In this document: piece after piece, positions 20,734 to 29,518 of the stretch
How the letters are laid out: each line of letters opens with the position of its first letter
Position numbering within the stretch: position 1 is the first letter of the stretch
Assembly: GCA_963733035.1 (NCBI GenBank)
Contig: CAVTBU010000006.1
Coordinates: forward strand, 608,001 to 672,000
Reading direction: 5' to 3'
From: Pirellulales bacterium
Lineage (GTDB): Bacteria > Planctomycetota > Planctomycetia > Pirellulales > PALSA-1355
Length of the DNA: 64,000 nt
The notes under the pieces: model-generated
What the model saw: the letters and a program-made list of their open reading frames with translations, nothing else
What the model was told of the DNA's origin: nothing
Database searches by the model: none
Position numbers and translations under genes: made by a program

Positions 20734-22272
20734 ATGGCCAAGGCCCCCCAGACTGCGATCACGCCCACCCGGGCCGACGACTATCCAGAGTGGTACCAGC
20801 AAGTGGTTCGTGCCGCCGATCTGGCCGAGCAATCGCCCGTGCGCGGCTGCATGGTCATCAAGCCTTGGGGTTATGCCATCTGGGAGAACATGCAGCAGGC
20901 TCTGGACCGGATGTTCAAAAACACCGGGCACGTGAACGCCTACTTCCCTTTGTTTATTCCGCTCAGCTACCTGGAGAAAGAGGCCGAACACGTTGAAGGT
21001 TTTGCCAAGGAATGTGCCGTCGTCACTCATCATCGCCTCGAAGTAGGGCCCGACGGCGGGCTCGTGCCGACGGGCAAGCTGGAAGAGCCCCTGGTCGTAC
21101 GGCCTACCAGCGAAACGATCATCGGTGCGATGTATGCCCGCTGGGTAAAGTCGTATCGCGATCTGCCGATCCTTATCAATCAGTGGGCCAATGTCGTCCG
21201 CTGGGAATTGCGCACGCGAATGTTCCTGCGCACGGCCGAGTTCCTCTGGCAGGAAGGGCATACGGCCCATGCCACGGCCGCCGAAGCCGTCGAAGAAACC
21301 AAGAAGATGTTGGGTGTCTACGCCACGTTCGCTCAGGATTACATGGCGATGCCCGTCATTCGCGGCGAGAAGACAGCCGGCGAACGCTTCCCCGGAGCCG
21401 TGAACACCTACAGCATCGAGGCCATGATGCAGGATCGCAAAGCCCTGCAAGCCGGTACATCTCATTTCCTGGGGCAGAATTTTTCGAAAGCCCAGGAAAT
21501 CAAATACCTTTCAAGCGAAGGCCGCGAGGAATTCGCGTGGACCACGTCGTGGGGTGTTTCGACCCGGTTGGTGGGTGCCCTCATTATGTCGCACGCCGAC
21601 GACGACGGACTCGTGCTGCCGCCACGCTTGGCTCCCCAGCACGTGGTGATCCTGCCGATCTTCCGCAATGACGAGGAAGGCGGCCCCGTGCTTGAATATT
21701 GCCGTAGACTATGCAGCGAGCTTACGGCCCAGCAATACGATTCCGGCTCCGTCCGAGCAATCGTTGATACTCGCGACGTGCCGCGGGCCGACAAGAAATG
21801 GCAACACGTCAAGCGTGGCGTGCCGGTGATCGTTGAGGTGGGGCCGCGCGACATCCAGGGAGACACGCTGATGCCTAAACGCCGCGACGAGCCATCGGGC
21901 GAAAAGAAGTCTGCGGTATCCCGATTGCAATTTGTGGCCGAGATCGGCAGTTCGTTGGCCGCAATGCAGAATGGTCTGTTTCAGCGGGCGCTCGACTTTC
22001 GCCAGCAGCACACGAAGACATTCACCAGGCTCGACGAGTTCGAAAACTACTTCACTCCACGGAACGCAGAGAAGCCGGAGATTCATGGCGGCTTCGCCAT
22101 CGCCCACGTGGCCGAGGGGCCGGAGACGGCCGCCATTTTGGCAAAGCACAAACTCACGATTCGTTGCGTGCCCATCGCCGACGAGCCCGGCTTCGAGGAA
22201 GAGGTTCCCGGCAAGTGTCTCTTTACCGGCCGGCCCACGACGGTACGAGCTGTGTTTGCCAAGGCGTACTAA
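20734..22272 (+). CDS. proS: Proline--tRNA ligase (archaeal/eukaryote-type)
   Basis: EHVEGFAKE, VRPTSET, NQWANVVRWE, FLRTAEFLWQEGHT, QAGTSHFLGQNF, SWGVSTR, C-terminal FAKAY. Confidence 0.96.
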   Translation: MAKAPQTAITPTRADDYPEWYQQVVRAADLAEQSPVRGCMVIKPWGYAIWENMQQALDRMFKNTGHVNAYFPLFIPLSYLEKEAEHVEGFAKECAVVTHHRLEVGPDGGLVPTGKLEEPLVVRPTSETIIGAMYARWVKSYRDLPILINQWANVVRWELRTRMFLRTAEFLWQEGHTAHATAAEAVEETKKMLGVYATFAQDYMAMPVIRGEKTAGERFPGAVNTYSIEAMMQDRKALQAGTSHFLGQNFSKAQEIKYLSSEGREEFAWTTSWGVSTRLVGALIMSHADDDGLVLPPRLAPQHVVILPIFRNDEEGGPVLEYCRRLCSELTAQQYDSGSVRAIVDTRDVPRADKKWQHVKRGVPVIVEVGPRDIQGDTLMPKRRDEPSGEKKSAVSRLQFVAEIGSSLAAMQNGLFQRALDFRQQHTKTFTRLDEFENYFTPRNAEKPEIHGGFAIAHVAEGPETAAILAKHKLTIRCVPIADEPGFEEEVPGKCLFTGRPTTVRAVFAKAY

Positions 22273-22372
22273 GACAGATGAAATCAGAAGGTGGGCAGAT
22301 GTGAATCCCAGAGTGCGCGCTGACAAACGCACTTGAGCCTCTTTTCAATCGTTCTGATTTCTGACTTGCACT

Positions 22373-22921
22373 ATGGGCGCGATTTCACAGCCTCAATCCG
22401 TGTTATCGATTCTGGCAGCCTTTAGCCGGCACGAGGAGGCTTTAGATTGGGCACAACGACGGGCCGAGGCCAATTGGGGGCCAGTGGCGCTCTCCAGTGA
22501 GCGTTTCGGGTTTGATGCGACCGACTATTACGAGCCCACGATGGGGTCTGGCCTTGTCAAGTGTTTCTTTGCATTTGAGCGATTCATCGACCCGGCCGCA
22601 CTGGTGGCGAGGAAACTGGAGACAAATCAGTGGGAAGCAGAGTATGCTGGAAGTGGGGCACATGCCGAGCCACGTCCGCTGAATCTTGACCCCGGCTATC
22701 TCACGCCGGCCAAGCTGGTGTTGGCCTCGACGAAAGATCACGCCCATCGCTTGTACCTGTCTCGCGGCATCCATGCCGAGGTAACCTTGTTCTATAAACA
22801 ACGCCGTTGGCAAGCACACGCCTGGACGTTTGCCGACTACCAGCGCCCCGACTACCAGCAGTTTTTCACCGTTTGCCGCGACTATCTCCGCGCGCATCAG
22901 CAGCGGGAGACGCGGACATGA
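22373..22921 (+). CDS. DUF4416-family protein
   Basis: TDYYEPTMG, RPLNLDPGYL, KLVLASTKDHAHRLYL, WTFADY. Confidence 0.8.
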   Translation: MGAISQPQSVLSILAAFSRHEEALDWAQRRAEANWGPVALSSERFGFDATDYYEPTMGSGLVKCFFAFERFIDPAALVARKLETNQWEAEYAGSGAHAEPRPLNLDPGYLTPAKLVLASTKDHAHRLYLSRGIHAEVTLFYKQRRWQAHAWTFADYQRPDYQQFFTVCRDYLRAHQQRETRT

Positions 22922-24053
22922 ATTGGGTGGTGGCAATGGCCGCCGCGCCAGGGCTGCTCGTAAGTCTGGTGCTGGCGAATTTCTTGCGATCCTGGGCGCC
23001 GCGGTGGGGGCTGGTCGACCAGCCGGGGCACCGCAAGGTGCACGAGCGGCCCGTTCCCTTCGGCGGCGGATTGGCGATTTGGGCGGGAGTGGTCTTGCCG
23101 CTGTCGGCCGGCCAATTGCTTCTGGAAGTATGGCAACAATCGAGATCGTCGCACGATGAGACCGTTCTCCCGGCTTGGCTAGGTTCGGTGGGCACATTCG
23201 TCGAGCCTCACCTGCCCGGCTTGCTTTCCCAGTCCCGCAGCCTGTGGTTCTTCTTGGCGGCTGGCACCGTGCTCATGTTGCTGGGGTTGATCGACGACGC
23301 GCGGCGGCTCGATTGGCGGTTTCGGATGGCCGTACAATTCCTGGTGGCCGGGACCGTGGTCCTTTGGCAAGGATGGAAAATGACCCTCTATGTCGACATG
23401 CCGGTGTTGACCGACCTGGTCAGCGTGTTGTGGATTGTCGGATTGATCAACTCCTTCAATTTCCTGGACAACATGGACGGCCTGGCCGGCGGCGTGGCCG
23501 CAATTGCCGCCGCGCTTCTGGCGCGTATATGCTGCTCGTGCCCGAAGCGGGGCATCCACAACTATTTGTCGCGGGGCTGCTATTCTTGCTGGTCGGCTCT
23601 CTGGTTGGGTTTCTATGGCACAACCGGCCGCCAGCGCGGCTCTTTATGGGCGACGCCGGAAGCTATTTCATCGGATTCTTTCTAGCCGTGATGACGATAC
23701 TCGCGACATTCAGCGGTCCTGGCGTGCCGCGACATTCAATCTTGGCTCCCCTGTGCGTATTGGCGATTCCCCTCTATGATACCATCAGCGTGCTTTGCAT
23801 CCGCTTGCGCAACGGACAAAGTCCCTTCGAGGGTGATACAAACCACTTCTCGCATCGTCTGGTCGCCCTGGGGCTTGGCAAGACGCAGGCGGTATTGACG
23901 ATCTATCTGGCCAGTGCCGCCTGCGGGCTGGGCGCCTTGGTATTGCCCCAAGTCAATGCGGCCGGGGCGGTAGTCGTCGTATTGATCATCATTTGTCTGC
24001 TGGGCGTGATTGCCATTTTGGAAATGACCGCTCGTCGCTTGACTAACCGGTAG
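22918..24053 (+). CDS. WecA/MraY-family polyprenyl-phosphate GlcNAc-1-P transferase, frameshifted near 23523
   Basis: DQPGHRKVH, P.GGGLAI, GLIDD, NSFNFLDNMDGLAGG; a second frame has PARLFMGDAGS and D.NHFSHRL. Confidence 0.88.
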
Positions 24054-24118
24054 CTGCTCTGCCGGCAAGAGGTCTCCGTCCGTTTCACTCGTCGCACTGA
24101 ATCGTCTGCCAATTCCTA

Positions 24119-26380
24119 ATGTCTCCAAAACCACGAAAGGCCGAAGCAAAACTTGGAACCGCGACACCAGAAGTGCGCGATTTGGTGCGGCCCTGGTTAC
24201 TTGCCGGTTTGGTCGCCGTTTATGTGGCGCGCCCACTCGTGCCTAGTGAAGGTGTGGCATGGCTCGGCGATGGACACGGCCTGACACTCGTTTTGCTGTT
24301 GCTGTCGGCGGCATATTTGTTTGTCGTTGGATCTCGCCGCTCGCTGCTACGACAGTTCGACTTGGTTGATGGTGCCGTCCTGGCGCTGATTCTCGCGTTC
24401 GTTTGCAGCTCGTTGGTCGGACTGGCGGCTAGTCGCTTCGGAGCCAGCGAAACTCTCGAATTCGGACGTCGGCTGACCTCGCCCCGTCTGGTGGTGAATA
24501 TGGTTTGGGAATGGCTGGGCCTCGGGCTCATTTACTTCCTGACGAGGCAACTGGTGGCGCATCGGGTCGAGGCCCGTGGGCTCGTGGTCGTCATGATTGC
24601 ACTGGCCGTTGTGACTTCCGTGCTGGGGCTATATCAGGCGGCCGTCATCTTGCCCGAACAAAGGGCCGCGTACGCGGAGAACCCCGATGAGGTACTGCAG
24701 TCGCTGGGGCAGTGGTTTCCTCCGGACTCGCCGGAGCGCACGCGGTTTGAAGCGCGTCTGGCCAGTACAGAGCCGCTGGCAACTTTCGCGTTAACCAACT
24801 CGCTTGCCGGGTTTCTGGTGGCTTGGTTGGTCGTCGCGCTGGGCGTAGCGTGGGGAATCGTTCGGAAGCGCCACGTGTCCGCGTCGGCCGCAGCTCGCTA
24901 TGCCGGATTGGCCGTGGCATTGGGCGCGATGCTCGTCTGTTTGATGCTAACGCAAAGTCGAAGTGCGTACGTCGCGTTGGCCGTCGGGCTCGTTCTTTTA
25001 CCACTCGTGGTGCGCGACGGGCGCTACGGCATTCCTTGTCGGTGGATCGCTGCGGCTGGCGTCGCACTGCTTGTGATTGTCGTGGCGGCTTCGATGCTTG
25101 GTGGCCTGGACGAAACCCTGCTGAGCCAAGCCCAAAAATCGCTTGGCTATCGCTTCGAATACTGGGAGTCGACGCTCGACATGATTGCGGACTTTCCGCT
25201 GTTTGGTGTTGGGCCCGGCGAATTCCAAAACTACTACACGCAATACAAACTTCCCCAAGCCAGCGAGGAGATTAGCGACCCGCACAACTTTGTGCTCGAG
25301 GTCTGGGCCACGGGCGGTACGCTGGCGCTATTGGCCCTGGTGGCGCTGCTTGCCGCGTTCGCTTGGCAAAGCTGGACCTTGGTCGAACTCGATGAAAGTG
25401 AGCCGCACGACGACGCTCTCGCCTCGCGCGATAGCATGCGTCTGATGTTCCTCGGAGCGATCGCAGGCTTAGTGGTGGCATACGTGCTTGGCCGGCCCTT
25501 TGGCTTTTTCCTGCCGTTCGAGCAAATCGTGGCGGCCTTGATCGTGGGGGGATGTGTTATCGGCATCTTCTCGGTTTGGCTTTGGCGTGGGACGCTACCG
25601 GCGCGTCTGCCTGCGCTCGGCGTGCTCGTCTTGTCGATTCACTGGCTAGCTTCCGGCGGGTTTGCATTTCCGGGCGTGGCAGACACATTTTGGTTGTTAT
25701 TGGCGCTGGGCGTAAATCAGAAATCCAACACGATTTCGGCAGCGAACCCAAGCCCGCACGGATGGCGCAATTTGGCACTTCCGCTTGGCCTTTCGGTGGC
25801 CGTGTTGGCGCTGGCCGTGGGCTGTTACTATACGGCGTTTTTGCCGGTGATGGCATGCCGTGCGGCAATGGGGCTGGCGACCGATATGCGGATGAGCGAC
25901 GCGGTTCGGTTTGACGCCATGCTTGGTGCCATCGCCGCGGACCGGTTGTCGGCGGAGCCCTGGATGGCGTCCGCCCAACTTAGCGCACAGAGGCTCTCGG
26001 AGAATCCGAAGTCCGAACTCTGGCGCGAGAGACTCTTCCTGTCTGCTTCCTCAGTGCGCGCGGTGCAAGGGCACTCAAGTTCCGCGATGCGCGAACTCGG
26101 ACGTCTCTTCCGCCAAGTTTACGAAGTGAGTCCCGATAAGCAGATCGCCGCACAATTCGTGGCATACACTCGCTTGGCCGCTCATTGGTACCCGAACTCG
26201 GCAGTGATCCAGGGGGAATACGCCCAGGCCCTGGAAATGACGGGTAGCATTCAAACGGCGCGCCGTGTTGCCGCCAAAGCCCTCGAGCTCGATCGACGGA
26301 CGCCGCACGCCGACAAAAAACTGCCGCTGGCAATGCGATCAGAACTTGAGAACCTGGCAAAAACCTCGGAATCGCCGTGA
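24119..26380 (+). CDS. O-antigen ligase / O-oligosaccharyltransferase-family membrane protein
   Basis: Many TM segments; LTQSRSA, YRFEYW, PLFGVGPGEF, DPHNFVLE; helical C-terminal extension. Confidence 0.82.
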   Translation: MSPKPRKAEAKLGTATPEVRDLVRPWLLAGLVAVYVARPLVPSEGVAWLGDGHGLTLVLLLLSAAYLFVVGSRRSLLRQFDLVDGAVLALILAFVCSSLVGLAASRFGASETLEFGRRLTSPRLVVNMVWEWLGLGLIYFLTRQLVAHRVEARGLVVVMIALAVVTSVLGLYQAAVILPEQRAAYAENPDEVLQSLGQWFPPDSPERTRFEARLASTEPLATFALTNSLAGFLVAWLVVALGVAWGIVRKRHVSASAAARYAGLAVALGAMLVCLMLTQSRSAYVALAVGLVLLPLVVRDGRYGIPCRWIAAAGVALLVIVVAASMLGGLDETLLSQAQKSLGYRFEYWESTLDMIADFPLFGVGPGEFQNYYTQYKLPQASEEISDPHNFVLEVWATGGTLALLALVALLAAFAWQSWTLVELDESEPHDDALASRDSMRLMFLGAIAGLVVAYVLGRPFGFFLPFEQIVAALIVGGCVIGIFSVWLWRGTLPARLPALGVLVLSIHWLASGGFAFPGVADTFWLLLALGVNQKSNTISAANPSPHGWRNLALPLGLSVAVLALAVGCYYTAFLPVMACRAAMGLATDMRMSDAVRFDAMLGAIAADRLSAEPWMASAQLSAQRLSENPKSELWRERLFLSASSVRAVQGHSSSAMRELGRLFRQVYEVSPDKQIAAQFVAYTRLAAHWYPNSAVIQGEYAQALEMTGSIQTARRVAAKALELDRRTPHADKKLPLAMRSELENLAKTSESP

Positions 26381-26459
26381 ATTTCACAGGACTCGCTAAT
26401 AGGGGTAAAATAGTTAACGTGGCAATCGTTTCCTAGCGAAACTCGATCGAGAGGTCTGC

Positions 26460-27620
26460 ATGAACGCCGGCGCTGTTCTGTTGTCGAGCTTGGTCTTAGG
26501 TACGGCATTCGGATTCGGAATTACTTGGGCCGATTTCGGACACGCCCCTGACCGCATGGTTCCGGACGCCACCAAGCTGCCTGTGTCGAACGGCGAGCAG
26601 CCGCGACTTGAGGTGAACCAGTACAATCATGATTTTGGCATGGTAGAACGTGGCGCGAAGATACGTCACGTATTTGTCTTCACCAACCGCGGCAGCGGTG
26701 TTTTGAAGCTGACGCCGGGCACGACGACCTGCAGCGCATGTACGATTGCGATGCTCGAAGCGAGCGAAATTGCTCCCGGCCAGTCGACGGACGTGACGGT
26801 CGAATATAGCGCCAACGCCGCGCATCCGAGTTTCCGTCAAACGGCAACGGTGCTGACGAACGATCCACACCATTCACGTGTCGAGCTGACAATTAGTGGA
26901 AAGTTGACGAACAAATTCCTGATTTGGCCCCGCCCGGTTGACTTCGGAAACGTGCCCGCCGGGGAGGCGGCGACGGCCGAGTTTCAGTTTAGGTATCTGC
27001 TTGACGGCGAGTTGCGAATCATTGGCCACGAGTTCGAAAACGCTGATGCGTCGTCGTTCTTTGACGTGCAGACCATCCAGCTTTCGGCTGATGAGGCCGC
27101 CAAGGAAGATGCCAAAGGCGGGTATCGTTTCGTGCTATCACTCAAACCGGGCTTGCCGTTAGGGACTTTTCAGCAGACAATCCGCCTCAAGTTCGAAATG
27201 GAACCCGGCGGCCAACAGGCGGAGGAAACTGTACCGATCACCGGCACGATTGTCAGTGATTTGTCGCTCGTTGGTCCAGGATGGCGGAGCAAAGACGGGG
27301 TCTTGTTGCTCGGCACGGTCGACAGTCACGCGGGCTTAACGCGAAAGCTGACGCTCCTTATGCGTGGCACGGCTCGCGGCCAGGTTGAGATTGAGCCGAT
27401 TAAACTTGATCCTCCTCAGATCCAGGTGAGGGTTGGAAGGGCAACGCCGCTCAATGAGACAGTCGACCAGATGCCGATCGAGATTGAGATTCCACCCGGA
27501 CTGGCGCCCGCCATCCGCTTGGGAACCGACCAGGGACCGTTCGGCGAAGTAGTCTTGGGGGTGAAAAACCATCCCGACGTCGCCGAAATCCGCCTTAAAT
27601 TGAAGTTCGTGATCAAATAA
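26460..27620 (+). CDS. DUF1573 (Ig-like) domain protein
   Basis: N-terminal anchor; HDFG, HVFVFTNRG, TTCSACT, IAPGQS, VLTNDP; repeated beta-sandwich pattern. Confidence 0.78.
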   Translation: MNAGAVLLSSLVLGTAFGFGITWADFGHAPDRMVPDATKLPVSNGEQPRLEVNQYNHDFGMVERGAKIRHVFVFTNRGSGVLKLTPGTTTCSACTIAMLEASEIAPGQSTDVTVEYSANAAHPSFRQTATVLTNDPHHSRVELTISGKLTNKFLIWPRPVDFGNVPAGEAATAEFQFRYLLDGELRIIGHEFENADASSFFDVQTIQLSADEAAKEDAKGGYRFVLSLKPGLPLGTFQQTIRLKFEMEPGGQQAEETVPITGTIVSDLSLVGPGWRSKDGVLLLGTVDSHAGLTRKLTLLMRGTARGQVEIEPIKLDPPQIQVRVGRATPLNETVDQMPIEIEIPPGLAPAIRLGTDQGPFGEVVLGVKNHPDVAEIRLKLKFVIK

Positions 27621-27693
27621 GGGACTGATCGATGTGGCGCCCGGTTTTCGAAACCGGCCTGCAACAAATCTCTGGATGGATCCAACTGCTTTT

Positions 27694-29380
27694 ATGAATA
27701 GCACGACTTCGCGTTCGCTTGCCATTAGTTTGATTTGGACATGCACCTGCGTTCTCGTCGGGTGCGGCAGTTCGGATTCGAGTCCGGTGACTGCATCCTT
27801 GCCTGCGCCGCCAACAGGCGGTACCGCTTCGCAAACCGAGGAGGCGGAATCGGCGTTTTCTATCGACGGATCAATAAGTGAAAATGAGCACCAGGCGCGG
27901 ATTGCTGACAACCGCGCGATTCCATCCAGCACTCAAACCGCTCCGTTGGAGAACGAAACGAGCGCGAGCGAAAAGCCCAAGATCGACCCGATTGCCATCA
28001 ACGGCAAGTACTTCGACGGCTGGCCGAAACCCAAATTGGCGCTGGTGATCAGTGGACGGCAGGACGGATACCTGGAGCCGTGTGGCTGCGCGGGATTGGA
28101 TCAACAAAAAGGGGGCATGAGCCGGCGACACTCGTTCATTCGTGGGTTGGAGGACAGGGGCTGGCCGGTGGCGGCGGTTGACGTGGGCGGTCTGGTACGC
28201 CGCTTTGGTCGGCAAGCCGAACTGAAGTTTGCAATTTCGGCCGAGGCGCTCGAAAAAGATGCACTATAGCGCCGTCGGATTTGGCCCCGATGACTTGCGG
28301 CTTTCCGCCGGCGAGATTGTGGCGGCCATTGCCGGTGCCACTCCCGAGGACGGCATCTTCGTTTCGGCCAATGTGAATCTGTTCGACCTGACGCCAAAAA
28401 CTCGCATTGTCGAGGCCGGTGGTATGAAGCTGGGCATCACCTCGGTGCTGGGCGAAAAATATCAGGCCCAAGTAAATAACGACGAAGTGATTATCGCGCC
28501 CGCCGCCGAAGCCTTGGCCAAGGTCGTGGGGGAACTGCGGGATTGCGACGCGCGGGTGCTCCTGGCGCATGCGACGGTGGATGAAACGCGAGAACTCGCC
28601 AAACAGTTTCCACAGTTTCAGATCGTCGTGACCTCAGATGGTCGCGACGTGCCTCCGCTCGAACCAGAGGCCATTGACGACGACAAAGCGCGACTAGTCG
28701 AAATCGCGCCGAAAGGAATGTACGTGGTCGTAGCAGGCTTTTACGACGATCCGCGGCAGCCAGTGAGATTTCAGCGGGTTGCGCTCGACTCGCGCTTTCA
28801 GGATTCGCAAACCATGAAGGACTTGATGGCGACCTACCAGGACCAATTGCGGCAGCTTGGTTGGCGCGATTTGGGAATTAAGAGCGTGCCGCACCCGCGA
28901 ACCACGGATGTTGACCCTCTTTCCGGAAAATTTGCAGGCGCCGAGAGCTGCAAGGAATGCCATCCTACGGCGTTTGGAATTTGGAATAAGACCAAGCACG
29001 CGCACGCGACCGAAACGCTAGCCAAACTCAGTCCTCCACGACAATATGATGCCGAATGTATTAGCTGTCATTCGACGGGCTGGAATCCGCAAGAGTACTA
29101 TCCCTACATCAGTGGCTTTGACAGCCAGGAGAAAACGCCGCTGTTGGCGGGCAATCAGTGCGAGAATTGTCACGGGCCAGCGGCCGCGCATGTGGCCGCG
29201 GAGAAGGGTCGCAACCGCACAACCAAGGAGGAACAGCGGCAAATTGTAAAGCTTGTTGTCGGACAAGCGTTCGAAAACGTGTGTTCGAATTGCCACGACC
29301 ACGACAACAGCCCCGAATTCAACGAGCAAAGCTTCGAAGCCCACTACTGGCCGAAAGTCCAGCACAAGGGTAAGAAGTAG
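27694..29380 (+). CDS. Lipoprotein tetraheme c-type cytochrome (c554-like) with an N-terminal metallophosphatase/UshA-like domain, frameshifted near 28255
   Basis: Lipobox-like VLVGC; GYLEPCGC...GGMSRR; four CxxCH (CKECH, CISCH, CENCH, CSNCH); frame break at the A5 run in GAAAAAGATG. Confidence 0.82.
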
Positions 29381-29398
29381 CGGCGTCGAAGCAGCTTC

Positions 29399-29428
29399 GA
29401 AGTGGCAGCGAGCCACCACTTCTTTCTT
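29399..29428 (+). terminator. Possible intrinsic terminator after the cytochrome gene
   Basis: GAAGTGG...CCACTTC stem followed by TTTCTT. Confidence 0.45.
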
Positions 29429-29518
29429 GGCTCATACTCCTCATAAGTGTTAGAATCCCGGCCTCTGCAGCGCCACGCTTGCCGGGCACGGCTTATTCGT
29501 ACTCGAGGAGTTTCTGCC

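Noticed and set aside
28245..28265. Programmed ribosomal frameshift at GAAAAAG in the cytochrome gene
   Set aside because: One of six similar breaks in the window; a homopolymer sequencing error is more parsimonious.
29440..29475. tRNA-like 3' fragment (GTTAGAATCCCGGCCTCTGCA)
   Set aside because: No cloverleaf or acceptor pairing; better explained as an extended -10 promoter.
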